DNA of 63,912 nucleotides, filler included, from Octopus bimaculoides (GCF_001194135.2; 9 parts of 5 records of this genome joined end to end with filler, not necessarily neighbours in it), one strand, 5' to 3'; positions 38,456-53,359 are shown, counted from the whole stretch's first letter. Numbers and translations are program-made. The notes: a model not told the origin generated them from the letters alone.

Positions 38456-38770
38456 ATAAGTACGCTCGTTCATATCTGATGTTTTCGACTGAGTTAAACT
38501 GGTCATGGCTTCACCAAAGCTATCACCAATAGGGCACCAAAAACAATCAAGTACCAGTCAAGTAATTGAGGTGATGGAATTAAATTACCCATCCCCTTAA
38601 AATCGCTAGCCTTGTGGTAAAATTAGAAAGAGTTATTATTATCGTCATTATCATAACCGGTAAGAACAGGCACAGATTCAGATCTGAAGATTTTGGCGGA
38701 CAGGAAATAGTTTGGATAATAGTCGTGTACTAGATAGCATCAGTTGGGATATGCGATTTTCCTTTATTTG

Positions 38771-39150
38771 TGTTGGCACTCCGTCGTTTACGACGACGAG
38801 TGTTCCAGTTGATCGATCAACGGAACAGCCTGTTCGTGAAATTAACGTGCAAGTGACTGAGCATTCCACAGACACGTGTACCCTTAACGTAGTTCTCGGG
38901 GATATTCAGCGTGACACAGTGTGACAAGGCTGGCCCTTTGAATTACAGGCACAACAGAAACAGGAAGTAAGAGTGAGAGAGAGTTGTGATGAAAGAGTAC
39001 AGCAGGGTTCGCCACCATCCTCTGCCGGAGCCTCGTGGAGCTTTAGGTGTTTTCGCTCAATAAACACTCACAACGCCCGGTCTGGGAATCGAAACCACGA
39101 TCCTATGACCGTGAGTCCACTGCTCTAACCACTGGGCCATTGCGCCTCCA
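38771..39150 (-). mobile_element. SINE family C, full length
   Basis: High identity to other C copies. Confidence 0.92.
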
Positions 39151-40313
39151 CTTTCGTTTCTTTATACAGCAGCCTTTCGACATCTTTTCATATGTCAGTC
39201 ATGCTTTGACCAAGAAGAACTGGGAAGTCTTGGAGATATGTCAAATGTCGATTGTCTCGTATAGTACGAATCGAGTTATCATGTTACATCGTGAAGATAC
39301 TACACACGTTCTTCCTTTAACCGTGACAGACAGGCAGTTTTCCTCTATCTAGGGACTATGGAGAGAAATAATGTGTAGTGGACAAAGCGGTGTAGAGTCG
39401 TTTTGAGCACCGCAACCATGAAGTGCCACAACGTGGACAAGGCGATGTCGAGACATTATTAGCATTGGAAAGATAAAACGCTACGTTGAGCTCGATGGGA
39501 TTGTAATTTCAAACATTAAAATATGTAACGAAATACTACAATATTTTATCCGCTGCTATCGATTCTGTCACCCAATGTTTTTCGAGAGGAAGTATAATAA
39601 GAATAGAGGAGTCGGGCGGAGAAAAGAATGAAAAAAATGTGTGTAGAGAAAGCTGAAATTAAGGAACATGATAAAAAAAAAAAGAAAGCCATTTAAAGGG
39701 AGAGAGTGGGAAAGTAACAGTAAGAGAAAAGGGAGACACGTGTGAAAGAAACAGGAGCTGTAAGAGAACATATCATTGATACGGACACTGTCCTCTGACA
39801 ACGTTGACTTTGTTAATATGTAACACAGACTTGACATCCCTTTTATTGTCTTCGTCTGTTTTTGCTATAATTACAGCAAACTCCGAGTGATACTTCACAA
39901 TTTTACTGGGAATATCGACAACAAAAGTAATTTCAAAAACATTTTTAGCAATAGTTTATGGGAAAAAAATCTAAGGGAACATGAGGAAATATTTGGTTAA
40001 TATGACAGTTTTTGCTTGTTATTTTTTATTTTCTTTCACGAAATTCTTTCTAAATTATACAGCGCTCTTCTTTTTTCTTTTTAATTTGGTGACAGCAACT
40101 AAAATTCAGTTTAAAAAATTAGTTGAACTAAATTGAAATTAAAATATCAGTTGTAAAGATTTGAAAGTGATTTGATGAGTCATCTTAACACAAATACGCA
40201 CACAAACACGCACACATACACACACATACGCATACGTACATACGCACACATACACACACAAAAAATATGCAGACACTTACAGACAGTCACACACAAACTT
40301 GATGTATTTCTAT

Positions 40314-40350
<37 letters not shown>

Positions 40351-40360
40351 NNNNNNNNNN

Positions 40361-40392
<32 letters not shown>

Positions 40393-40412
40393 TACACACA
40401 CACACATACAAA

Positions 40413-40445
<33 letters not shown>

Positions 40446-41116
40446 GTATATATATGTATGCGTGTATAGATATATATATGTATGTATCTATGTATGTATA
40501 TATACATATACACATATGCGTGTATGTGTGTGTGTGTGAGTGCGTGTGTTCGCGCGCGTGATGAATAATAGAGCTTAAGAAACTGCGAGAGATGGATGAA
40601 AACCATAAAATTATGTGATTTATGCGAGTAACAAAACGATCAGGAGAAAGAAAATACAAATGAAATCAAATGACTTTAGCCTCCACCGTTAACTGACGCT
40701 GTCCGTGATTAAAATATGGCGACATTGACTAATTTATAGAAAGGTGATTGCTTCTATTGATTTTTCTTATCATTACTACTTTTTCTTTTGCTTTCATTTA
40801 GAAGTTAATAAGGTATTGTAAGACACACTCCATGCGTTATCGATTGTTAGATAAATGTAGAAATAGGAGGAAATTATAGGAAACCCTATGCATTCTAGTA
40901 AAATATACCAAAAAATCTTATATTCACCAAGTGGGCGGAAAAGATTTGACTAATATAATATAAATCATCAGTAATTCCCAAACGTGACGGGTTTTAATTC
41001 CTCGGTGTCAAATTAGTTGCCAAGACAGTGGTCTCGAAGTATTTACAGTAAAATTCACAAAGGAAATATTTTCCAATCATTTCTTAAACCGCTTCTGAAA
41101 ACAGAACCTTAATATA

Positions 41117-41355
41117 CAGGATGGCTCACAAGTAGGCTTACAGTTATCACGTAGGTACTTTAAATTTCTTTTAAAGCATTTTATTACATTTAAATTTCTT
41201 TATTACAAACTAAAAGGGAGCTTGACAAAAATTAACTAAATTAGCATAGAATAATGGTTTCATATATATTTTTTTATAATTAAGATCTAAACTGTTAATA
41301 TATGAATGCGAAAGAGATAGTTGAATAACTGTAAAACTACTTTTGGGCCACCCTG
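41117..41355. mobile_element. Tc1/mariner-type MITE
   Basis: TA|CAGGATGGCTCACAAGTAGGCTTACAGTT ... AACTGTAAAACTACTTTTGGGCCACCCTG|TA. Confidence 0.85.
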
Positions 41356-41665
41356 TATAAAAGATAAACAAAGTGGAAGTTACAATACTAGTGTCATGAT
41401 GTAATATTTTAGGATAAAATGCGTGACTATATCACAACACCTTGTCAAATACATGTATATATATAAAGTATATGTACCCATGTATGCATGCATGTGAGTA
41501 TATATATANNNNNNNNNNNNNNNNNNNNNNNNNNNNNNNNNNNNNNNNNNNNTTAATTAATTAANNNNNNNNNNNNNNNNNNNNNNNNNNNNNNNNNNNN
41601 NNNNNNNNCACTCACACACAATCACACGCACGCACGCTCACACATACGCACAAAGTGCACACACA

Positions 41666-41700
<35 letters not shown>

Positions 41701-42667
41701 TCATATTCTCAAACAAACATACACGCACGCAGGTGCGCATGCACACGCAACACACGTGCACACACTCATACACACACACGGACACTCACGAAACACGTGT
41801 ACACACACACACACACACACACACTCACAAAACCTGTGTACACACACACACACACACGCTAAACCATACTATCTACGATCTACCATACACACAACGAACA
41901 CAGCACGCACCAGTTGCACTACACACGCATACACACATGCACAGACAACCACATACATACACATATATTCATATACGCAAAATGTTTTCAACAACTGCAA
42001 CAGTTTTCCGTACACACGTCTAATGATGAGCAGCATAAACACACCGTACACGCATTATATACAACCACATTCTCACATACGCATACATACATATACATAC
42101 ATATATATACATATATATATTGATACACAATTGTACCAAATATAACGAATATCGTAGACACACACACAAACAGGCCCACAGACGCACAAGCAAACTATAG
42201 AATTACTATGTTTGTATTTACTGATACACGGATATAAAACACAAACACTATATATTTATGCGGTTATATGCATGTATTCATGTGTATATGCACATATATG
42301 CAAAGATAGATGCTTAGGCACCGACACACAGACATATATTAGCAACAATAATAACCGGCGTTTCTTATATTTTATCACTAAAGAGAAAACTAGAAAAGCT
42401 TATTGCTTACATACAAACACCGTCGACTACAAAGACATACATCAAATATACTCAGCACCACGTATGCACACATACAGAGGCACACACACGCATATTTATA
42501 TCTTTGTTTACACATATTGACATATACACATACACATGCGTATTGCTCTCTACGCTCGCGTACATGGTATTTTACAAAGTGAGGCTTTAGCGGCGGACGC
42601 TTAAATTCACAGGTGAGTGAACGGAACAATTTCTTTCAATGCTGTTATTTCGCATGAACGTTTTATA

Positions 42668-42735
<68 letters not shown>

Positions 42736-43366
42736 NNNNNNNNNNNNNNNNNNNNNNNNNNNNNNNNNNNNNNNNNNNNNNNNNNNNNNNNNNNNNNNNN
42801 NNNNNNNNNNNNNNNNNNNNNNNNNNNNNNNNNNNNNNNNNNNNNNNNNNNNNNNNNNNNNNNNNNNNNNNNNNNNNNNNNNNNNNNNNNNNNNNNNNNN
42901 NNNNNNNNNNNNNNNNNNNNNNNNNNNNNNNNNNNNNNNNNNNNNNNNNNNNNNNNNNNNNNNNNNNNNNNNNNNNNNNNNNNNNNNNNNNNNNNNNNNN
43001 NNNNNNNNNNNNNNNNNNNNNNNNNNNNNNNNNNNNNNNNNNNNNNNNNNNNNNNNNNNNNNNNNNNNNNNNNNNNNNNNNNNNNNNNNNNNNNNNNNNN
43101 NNNNNNNNNNNNNNNNNNNNNNNNNNNNNNNNNNNNNNNNNNNNNNNNNNNNNNNNNNNNNNNNNNNNNNNNNNNNNNNNNNNNNNNNNNNNNNNNNNNN
43201 NNNNNNNNNNNNNNNNNNNNNNNNNNNNNNNNNNNNNNNNNNNNNNNNNNNNNNNNNNNNNNNNNNNNNNNNNNNNNNNNNNNNNNNNNNNNNNNNNNNN
43301 NNNNNNNNNNNNNNNNNNNNNNNNNNNNNNNNNNNNNNNNNNNNNNNNNNNNNNNNAAATATATAT

Positions 43367-43419
<53 letters not shown>

Positions 43420-44938
43420 AATATTTGTGCATATTTATGTGTGTATGTGGGTTTGTGTGTTTGTGTATAAACATGGATGAAATACAGACCATATTACACA
43501 TAAACACGCATGCGCATTTGCACACATACACACCTTGAAACAGAAGCAGATAAACAAATATACATTTCCGTATTTACTTTGTTAAAAGAAAATAATTTTA
43601 CTCTGCAATTCGGATCTTTTAAAAGAAACGACAACAAATGCTTTCAACAAACGTATTAAAATACTTTTCTGCACTCTATCACACTCTCTCCGTGTTTCTC
43701 AGTTTCACACGCCTTGTTTCTTTCCCGGGGAAGATAGATAGATAGATATAATATACAAATCGATTGATGGATAGAGTGTGTGAGAGAGAGAGAGAGAGGG
43801 GGAAGCGGGGAGGCAGAGAGAGAGACAACGAGAGAGATAAAGAGAGAGTGACTGTCAGAGAGGCAGATACAAAGAAAGAAACATAGATGGATTGAGAGAC
43901 GGGAAGAAAGAGAGAGAGGGGAAGTCTGTGTGTACGTGTGTATTTCAGTAAGTCACATCCTGCGGACATTTTTATGGGTTGCCTATATTCTGCACACACA
44001 CACACACACACACACNNNNNNNNNNNNNNNNNNNNNNNNNNNNNNNNNNNNNNNNNNNNTTAATTAATTAANNNNNNNNNNNNNNNNNNNNNNNNNNNNN
44101 NNNNNNNNNNNNNNNTTAACGAAACACTTTGAAACTTGGAACACTGGTAGAATGTGTCATATAAAACATCTTTTTCTCTTAGTCTTCTTAAAAAAAAAAG
44201 AAATCCATACATATTATGTATAGATAAGCAGTTAATTATGAAATGTATGTATACATATATGTATAAATATATACATACACAGATACATATACATACATGT
44301 ATATTACACATCATATATATACATATATATATATATGTATAACATATCTACTTATTACCTACCTATCAGTATACATACATACAAACATACATATAAATAC
44401 AGATACATACACACATACACACACACACACATACATACATACATACATACATACATACATACATACGTACATATGTACGTACGTACATACATACATACAG
44501 ACAGACAGACAGAGAACGTTCTCTACACTCAGCAATATATTTATGAAATTCGTCACGTGGACAGTTTTGGGCTATATTTAAAACTAGAGACATTTTTTTT
44601 TTTACTTAATACAACATATGAAGTTATGATTAAAATCGTTTTTGTTTTTGGTACACCCACAGACAGACACACACGCACACACATACGGTCACACACACAC
44701 ATACACATACGCCCATATGTACTCATTGAGACAAACAAGCACGCACAAAACTGACGCGCGCACGCAAACACACACACGTATTCGTACACACAGATACACA
44801 CAATTACACAACCGCATATATGAAACACATTATGAAGTTAGAAAAAATAGTTTCTTGCATAACCGCGCACACATGTATATTTAGATATATACACACACAC
44901 ATACAACACGCACACACACACACATTTACATCGATATA

Positions 44939-45141
44939 CGGGTGCTGAAAAGTTACTGGCTTTGGGTAAAAGAAAATACAGGAGCATCAGTTAATTATAA
45001 TTTTATTCAACATGTTTCCCTCTCAGATTCACATAGTGTAGCGGTTCTTTGCTAAGCCCTGTAAAAGAACTCGGAAGTTTGGGTCTCCAACTAGGCCTTT
45101 CACGATGTCCTTAAAACCAGGAACTCTTCATCATTCCCTCG
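44939..45141. mobile_element. mariner-type MITE
   Basis: TA|CGGGTGCTGAAAAGTTACTGGCTTT ... AAAACCAGGAACTCTTCATCATTCCCTCG|TA. Confidence 0.8.
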
Positions 45142-45172
<31 letters not shown>

Positions 45173-45501
45173 TNNNNNNNNNNNNNNNNNNNNNNNNNNN
45201 NNNNNNNNNNNNNNNNNNNNNNNNNNNNNNNNNNNNNNNNNNNNNNNNNNNNNNNNNNNNNNNNNNNNNNNNNNNNNNNNNNNNNNNNNNNNNNNNNNNN
45301 NNNNNNNNNNNNNNNNNNNNNNNNNNNNNNNNNNNNNNNNNNNNNNNNNNNNNNNNNNNNNNNNNNNNNNNNNNNNNNNNNNNNNNNNNNNNNNNNNNNN
45401 NNNNNNNNNNNNNNNNNNNNNNNNNNNNNNNNNNNNNNNNNNNNNNNNNNNNNNNNNNNNNNNNNNNNNNNNNNNNNNNNNNNNNNNNNNNNNNNNNNNN
45501 N

Positions 45502-45630
45502 AGAACTACGTTAAGGGTACACGTGTCTGTGGAGTGCTCAGCCACTTGCACGTTAATTTCACGAGCAGGCTGTTCCGTTGATCGGATCAACTGGAACCCT
45601 CGACGTCGTAAGCGACGGAGTGCCAACAAC
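45502..45630 (+). mobile_element. SINE family C, 3' part (rest in gap)
   Basis: AGAACTACGTTAAGGGTACACGTG..GACGGAGTGCCAACAAC. Confidence 0.9.
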
Positions 45631-45721
45631 ATATAGTTCACATTTATAGAAAAACAAAGACGATAACAGGTGTAGGAACAACAAACAAGTGTATTAGTTT
45701 GACACTCGGGAAAAATGGAAA

Positions 45722-45760
45722 AGTCTTTTACGTTTCGAGCCTACGCTCTCAGAAAAGAAT
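45722..45760 (-). ncRNA. Decayed hammerhead motif
   Basis: Minus strand TCTTTT-CTGAGA-GCGTAGGCTC-GAAA-CGTA-AAAGA; stem II GAGC/GCTC, core partly deleted. Confidence 0.4.
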
Positions 45761-46749
45761 GAAAGAAAATAAATAGAGAGGGAATAAAAAAAAGAACGTG
45801 TTGAGTTCAAACGCAGGCATGGCTGTCAAATATGAAGCTTGCTTCCCAACCACATGGTTCCGGTTTCAGTCCCACTGTGTCTTCCACATTTTAACTTTTT
45901 GTTCCCGCGATATCATCTGAAGGCATTACTTTCACCTTGATTAATTATTATATATCAATATAATTCTTAATCAAAATGAAAGGAATGGTATGGATTCAAT
46001 GTGTCGATATCGGGCGTTACTACCCGTCAGTCAACCAGTTTGGTCTATACATTTTTCTCTCTTAACTTTTGTTCTACTGCACCAGATTTTAAGTATTTTC
46101 TGTCTAAATGTAGCTCACGACGAGTCAAACATAATTACAAAAAAACTAAATCTGATTTCGATTAAAACTGAAGTAGTGACACTGCTTGGAAAACGCTGAC
46201 TGCGACATAAAAGCTACGTTAAGAATATTAATCAACTACTACCAGAGATGAATGATATGAATTTTAAAGCGGCCAGCTGACAGATTCGTTAGCACACTGG
46301 CAAAATGCTTAGCGGTATTTCTTTGGGCTCTTTATATTTGGGCTCTCTGGGCTCTTTATGTTTTAATTTGAAATTCCGCCGTGGTCATCTTTGTCCTTCG
46401 TCATCTTAGGGCCAATAAACCAAGTGCTAGTTGAGTACTGGTGTCACTGTAATCGGTTGGACACTCTCTCTAAAGTTTTTGGCCTTTATTACAAATACAT
46501 CGTATATATCAAGGATGGTCAAATTGTTTGATAAGATCTGCGTATAATATGATGTCTGCGTGCAAAAACTGCTACATATTTCTTTATAACGCCTTGAGGA
46601 AAACTTTGAAACATTAACACAAAACTCTCGTGAACAAGCATCCCCCCCNNNNNNNNNNNNNNNNNNNNNNNNNNNNNNNNNNNNNNNNNNNNTTAATTAA
46701 TTAANNNNNNNNNNNNNNNNNNNNNNNNNNNNNNNNNNNNNNNNNNNNC

Positions 46750-47040
46750 ACCCGCACGAAAACGGCCACGCTCGAAATGGTGTCTTTTATGTGCCACCCG
46801 CACAAGCCAGTCCAGGGGCACTGGCAACGATCTCACTCGAAAATCCTACGGGAGCCAGTCAGGCGGTACTGGCAACGGCCACGCTCAAAATGGTGCATCT
46901 CATGTGCCACCCGCACAAGAGCCATTCCAGGGGCACTGGCAACGATCTTACTTGGCTTGCCGGGTCTTCTCACGCACAGCACATTTCCAAAGGTCTCGGT
47001 CAGTAGTCATCGCCTCGGTGAGGCCCAATGTACGGTACAT
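46750..47040 (-). mobile_element. Family E interspersed repeat with internal ~60-bp tandem units
   Basis: GTGCCACCCGCACAAG..CTGGCAACG units; homolog of 48610-49071 in the opposite orientation. Confidence 0.8.
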
Positions 47041-47079
47041 ATGTATTCATATGTGTGTGTACTTGTGTATGTATATATC

Positions 47080-47476
47080 TATTCTTTTGTTCTTTTTACT
47101 TGTTTCGGTCATTTGACTGTGGCCATGCTGGGGCACTGCCTTTGGTTGAACAAATCGACACCAGGACTTATTCTTTGTAAGCCTAGTACTTATTCTATCG
47201 GGCTCTTTTGCCGAACCGCTAAGTTACAGGGATGTAAATACACCAACACCAGTTGTCAAGCGATGTTGGAAGAACAAACACAGATGCAAAGACACATACA
47301 CATATACATATATGATAGGCTTCTTTCAGTTTCTGTCTACCACATCCACCCACAAGGCTTTGATCACTCCGAGGCTGTAGAAGAAAACACTTGCCCAAGG
47401 TGCTGAGCAGTGGGACTGAACCCAGAACCATGTAGTTGGAAAGCAAGCTTCTTACCTCACAGCCATGCCTGTGCCT
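47080..47476 (-). mobile_element. SINE family A, full length
   Basis: Head at 47476, tail at 47080. Confidence 0.92.
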
Positions 47477-47838
47477 ATATACATATGCAGAAACCAAGCC
47501 AAAACAGACTGCCACCTAGTGTAGCTCTCTGGCTTACCAGCCCCAGTCAAACCATTTTACCCATGCTAGGATGGAAAATGGCTGCTAAATAATGATGATG
47601 AGGATATGTATGTATTTGTGTATTTACATATATATATATATATGTATATACAAATATATGCATATAAGTATGTATATACACATATATGCATATAAATATG
47701 TATATGTGTATATATGTATTTGTATGTATATGTATGTATCATTATCATCATTGTTTAAGATCTATATATGTATGTATATGTGTGTGTGTGTGTCTATATA
47801 ATGTGTATGTATATGTTTGTGTGTATGCATGCGCGCAC

Positions 47839-47877
<39 letters not shown>

Positions 47878-48609
47878 AGATGAGCGTTGTGAAAATCTTC
47901 ATTTCCTCAGTTTTTATTTATTCCTTAATGACTGCAACTGGAGTGTAAGGCAACAACGAATGTTAGATTAGATTAGATCTGTGTAGCAAAGCAAGCCAAA
48001 GTTAGCGAGAGCATTGTCGAAGGGCTTATTATTAACAAGTCATGCGTAACAGCGTTATGATGGTGTGGCTTTCGCTTGTAATACACATGAATATTAATGA
48101 TCTGGTTTTAAATCCATTGGATTGAAGGTGTGCTACAAATTAAATTTTCGCCACATTTAAAATGTTAAATATAAATTCAAATTTCTATGCAAATGTTATA
48201 TTAAGAAGTGAGAAGGAGAGGAAGGTAACTTATTGTTATAGTTATAATGTGATGTTATAGAATAAAGTTGAGAGATGTCAGTTTTTGTTATCCTCGGACA
48301 CTTCCTATAACTGCTGTGTTATCTGATATTTTTATTCTAACCTTCCATTTTGTTTCTCTGCCTCTCGTTCAGCACCCCCCCCCACTCATGCTCCCCTGAC
48401 CCTCTCTGCTCTGGCATTAAATACCACATCGCACATATGCAGAAAATAGAATGATGAAGTTGCCGGTTAGTTGCACCATATCAAAAATGTAGCCTTGATC
48501 GTTTTTGCAAGGCATCGGCTAATATCGAATGTTTGTTATTTAATAGTGTAGATGTGTTGGAACACAGGAATGAGGAATAAAAGAGGTAGAGAAATCGAAA
48601 TCGAACGAA

Positions 48610-49071
48610 ATTCGACGACTGGCCCTCATGCCAACGTCTCCTTTATTGGACACTAAACTCGGCTTGCGAAGACTTGTTGGGGCAAGCGAAAGCGAAACCG
48701 TGATGGCACATGTACCAGTGGGGCGCTAAGAGCACCATTTGAGTGTGATCGTTACCAGCGTCGTGTTCCTAGCACTTGTGTCGGTGACAGATGAAAAGTC
48801 ATTCGAGCGAGATCGTTGCCAGCGCTGCTGGACTGGCTCCTGTGCAGGTGGCACGTAAAATACACCATTTTGAGTGTGGCCGTTGCCAGTACCGCCAGAC
48901 TGGCCTTCGTGCCGGTGGCATGTAAAAGCATCCATTACACTCTCAGAATGGTTGGCGTTAGGAAGGGCATCCAGCTGTAGAAACTCTGCCAAATCAGATT
49001 GGAGCCTGGTGTAGCCATCTGGTTCACCAGTCCTCAGTCAAATCATCCAACCCATGCTAGCATGGAAAGCG
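48610..49071 (+). mobile_element. Family E repeat (LINE-type 3' tail)
   Basis: Tandem GTGGCACGTAAAA.CACCATT units, then GGTTGGCGTTAGGAAGGGCATCCAGC..CCAACCCATGCTAGCATGGAAAGCGG; other fragments end in (GAT)n. Confidence 0.8.
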
Positions 49072-49211
49072 GCCACCATCCCCTGCCGGAGCCTCGTGGA
49101 GCTTTAGGTGTTTTCACTCAATAAACACTCACAACGCCAGGTCTGGGAATCGAAACCGCGAGCCTATGACCGCGAGTCCGCTGCCCTAACCACTGAGCCA
49201 TTGCGCCTCCA
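49072..49211 (-). mobile_element. SINE family C, 5' half, fused to the family E tail
   Basis: CCACCATCCCCTGCCGGAGCC..CCATTGCGCCTCCA. Confidence 0.9.
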
Positions 49212-49598
49212 CGATATTCACATTAACAGGGCAACAAATCGCTATGACAGGACATACTTTTTCTTGTCTGTCCCAAGCAATGATATCTGGCCAGTTATGT
49301 TTGCATATATATGTATGTATGTATATATGTGCGTATTTATGTGTGTATTCTCTTAGTGAGACGTGTATCAAAGGAAACGTGCTGATTGGTGAAACATGTA
49401 CACATATGTCAAAGAAAATTAATTCAGTTTCTGTATTTGTCCAATTGTGTTGACAAGACAAAATGTTTTGTTACCCAACACTAGACAGTGCAGCGTCGCA
49501 TTTAGCAGCAACATCTGCACTGTTTCAACGAGTTGCTAACTACAGACAATTTTATTTTGCACCAGTAAATGCTGTTAAGCTTCCTTTCCACCATGTAC

Positions 49599-49631
<33 letters not shown>

Positions 49632-50049
49632 AGTTCTCAAAAGACACTTCTTTTTTTTTCTTTAAATCGTCTTTGTAAACACAAACTGACATCGGTAATG
49701 TGAATGTATATGCTTAAGCACATGCATGCTTATGCACGTGCATGCTTGCCTCTGTGTGTGTGTGTGTGTGTGTGATTCCCTCTATCCACTTGCAAACTTT
49801 CACGTATGCATGCACACATGCAAGCATTCATACAGATCTTCTGCTGTCAAGTTATTTCATGACTAATCCTTGATGCACTGAATAATAGATGTAGTATATA
49901 GCTATGAGATATAAATATTAGTTAAAAGTAATGTCTTCAATAGAACTAATGAAATAATAATAATGTTCTGAATATAATTTAACTAATTTATTCTGCAGGA
50001 AAGTATGCGATGACCCCACTTGAAATAAATTTATAGATTATATTAAAAC

Positions 50050-50309
50050 TGTTACTAGGCACTGATGTGGCTGTGTTGTAAGAAGTTTGCTTCCCAGCCA
50101 CATTGTTCTGGGCTCAGTGCCACTATGTGCCACCTTGGGCAAGTGTCTTCTACTATATTTTTTAGCCAACGAAAGCCATAAGAATTTGGTAGTTGGAAAC
50201 TGAAAGAAGCTCATCATATATATATATATATATATGGTTGGACTTAACACCATGAACCAAAGGAAAGCACAACATGATGTTGGTTTCAAATTTTGTCACA
50301 AGGCTACAC

Positions 50310-50351
<42 letters not shown>

Positions 50352-50465
50352 GATGGGCTTCTTTTAGTTTCCGTCTACAAGGCTTTGGTTTGCCTGAGGC
50401 TATAGTAGAAGACACTTGCCCAAGGTGCCACGCAGTGGGACTGAACCTGGATCCATGTGATTGGT
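50050..50465. mobile_element. Two convergent SINE-A 5' halves (50050-50220 +, 50351-50465 -)
   Basis: Family A head sequence in both orientations. Confidence 0.85.
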
Positions 50466-50750
50466 NNNNNNNNNNNNNNNNNNNNNNNNNNNNNNNNNNN
50501 NNNNNNNNNNNNNNNNNNNNNNNNNNNNNNNNNNNNNNNNNNNNNNNNNNNNNNNNNNNNNNNNNNNNNNNNNNNNNNNNNNNNNNNNNNNNNNNNNNNN
50601 NNNNNNNNNNNNNNNNNNNNNNNNNNNNNNNNNNNNNNNNNNNNNNNNNNNNNNNNNNNNNNNNNNNNNNNNNNNNNNNNNNNNNNNNNNNNNNNNNNNN
50701 NNNNNNNNNNNNNNNNNNNNNNNNNNNNNNNNNNNNNNNNNNNNNNNNNN

Positions 50751-50865
50751 CTGGTACTTAATTTATCAAACCCCACTGGAAGGATGAAAGATGAAGTTGA
50801 CCTCGGTGGAATTTGAACCCAGAACATAAAGACATGAAATACCGCTAAGCATTTTACCTGGCGTG
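50751..50865 (-). mobile_element. SINE family B, partial
   Basis: CTGGTACTTAATTTATC..GGAATTTGAACCC. Confidence 0.85.
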
Positions 50866-52844
50866 AATCTTTTTTTATATTAAAAGGTAAAACATCTATC
50901 ACCCCCCCCCCCAAAAAAAAAAACAACAACATGAGTACAACATTTAAAGCCAAAATATGACTTGGTTATGTCGAGGCATTAGTAGTAAATTTCTGTTATG
51001 ACTTTATTATCACATCCATTGTTTATTAACAAAGGTTTGCCCTCACTACAAGGTAGCGAACTTGATTTAGATTTGTCGAACCATTTGCTGGGTTAAATGT
51101 CAGAGCAGGTACATTGGTCAGATGTTAGAAAGGTCAAGAACTTCCTTCCCTTTCTTCATATTGAACTGTATTATTATTGAAGAGAATACACTGACCGAAC
51201 AGGTCACAAACGGAGGCTGTTATAAATTGCGCGTAAGCCTGTCTGTTATGCTATTATCAAATATATATTCTTTGCCTTTTTCTTTTCTTTTTTTTTGAGA
51301 CTAGTTATAAATCACCTGGGTTGATACAGCTGACCACAGGAGATAACACCACCGACCCATCCCTCATTTAAGTTCATATAATATTTACTGCGCTCTCTTT
51401 CTTGTGCTGTATCTTTCCTTATGAACCACGCTGCACAAAACTACTCTCTTTCTCCACGCACTCCACACGCTTGCCATATTTGAAGTAATCATGACAGATT
51501 TACATCCATTTTTTTCCTACGTTAGCACAGACCTGACGTTTCTGTAATTTCTTGCAAATGAATTATCGCCACGAGCATTCATTTTTATTGGGGGGGGGGG
51601 GNNNNNNNNNNNNNNNNNNNNNNNNNNNNNNNNNNNNNNNNNNNNNNNNNNNNNNNNNNNNNNNNNNNNNNNNNNNNNNNNNNNNNNNNNNNNNNNNNNN
51701 NNNNNNNNNNNNNNNNNNNNNNNNNNNNNNNNNNNNNNNNNNNNNNNNNNNNNNNNNNNNNNNNNNNNNNNNNNNNNNNNNNNNNNNNNNNNNNNNNNNN
51801 NNNNNNNNNNNNNNNNNNNNNNNNNNNNNNNNNNNNNNNNNNNNNNNNNNNNNNNNNNNNNNNNNNNNNNNNNNNNNNNNNNNNNNNNNNNNNNNNNNNN
51901 NNNNNNNNNNNNNNNNNNNNNNNNNNNNNNNNNNNNNNNNNNNNNNNNNNNNNNNNNNNNNNNNNNNNNNNNNNNNNNNNNNNNNNNNNNNNNNNNNNNN
52001 NNNNNNNNNNNNNNNNNNNNNNNNNNNNNNNNNNNNNNNNNNNNNNNNNNNNNNNNNNNNNNNNNNNNNNNNNNNNNNNNNNNNNNNNNNNNNNNNNNNN
52101 NNNNNNNNNNNNNNNNNNNNNNNNNNNNNNNNNNNNNNNNNNNNNNNNNNNNNNNNNNNNNNNNNNNNNNNNNNNNNNNNNNNNNNNNNNNNNNNNNNNN
52201 NNNNNNNNNNNNNNNNNNNNNNNNNNNNNNNNNNNNNNNNNNNNNNNNNNNNNNNNNNNNNNNNNNNNNNNNNNNNNNNNNNNNNNNNNNNNNNNNNNNN
52301 NNNAATGTCACTGTTATGACCAGCGGTGTCGTAGTTTAATTGTTATTTTCCAACATTCATCCCCCAGTTGCATTGTATCTCATTAGCTATTACACATGAC
52401 TGTGAGTTGCAAAATCCTTTGTTAAAAACATCACTGGGAGAGAGATAGAGATAGAAGAATGTGCATGCGTGTGTGTGTGTGTGTGCGTGTGTATAAGAAA
52501 GAGACTGAGAGATTTCTATGGAAGCTGCTATGAGCTGTGATAGTCATCGTCGTTGCTGTTGTGGTTGTCACACTCAGCCAAACTATGATTGCAGATCAAT
52601 TCCTTCTTTGCCTGCTATTTCTTCTTTATCCATCCAGCTTGGTGAAAATTTATCAATCTTTATCTCTGCAAATGTGTGAATGTATTTGCATGTGTGTGTG
52701 TGTGTGTGTGTCTGTGTGTCTATATATTTCATGTGTGTGTGTGTCTGTGTGGTTTGGAGATGTTCACCCCCGCCTCTCACCCTGTTCTTTCTTAGGGTGT
52801 TTTCTGTGATTTTTATTTATTTTTAATATTGTTTGTTGTTGGTT

Positions 52845-53075
52845 AGGTGGTAAGCTGGCAGAATCATTAGCACACTGGGCAAAATAAATGCCTCGTAGCA
52901 TCTTCTCCGTTTTTATATTTCTGAGTTCAAATTCCACCGAGGTCAACTTTGCCTTTCATTTTTTCCAGGGTCAGTAAAATAAGTACCAATTGAGTACTGG
53001 GGTCAAATGTAATNNNNNNNNNNCCCCGAATTGCTGGCCTTGTGCCAAAATTTGAAGCCAATATTAGTTGTTGTT
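52845..53075 (+). mobile_element. SINE family B
   Basis: GGTAAGCTGGCAGAATCATTAGCAC head through tail variant 2. Confidence 0.88.
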
Positions 53076-53319
53076 GTTGATATTTTTTAAATGTTAATTA
53101 TTAAAATTTTTTTTTTACAATCAATTCTGTCATTTCTGTTATGTTCATTTATATTATATATCAGTGTTATACATCTGTAGATATGTATGTATAATTGTGA
53201 GTGTGTATATACATATATACACATGTACATAAATATGAGTGTGCACATATGTAAACTTGTGTATGTATGTAAATGCATATGTTTATCTGTGTGTGCATGC
53301 ATATGTAAATATATATGTA

Positions 53320-53359
<40 letters not shown>

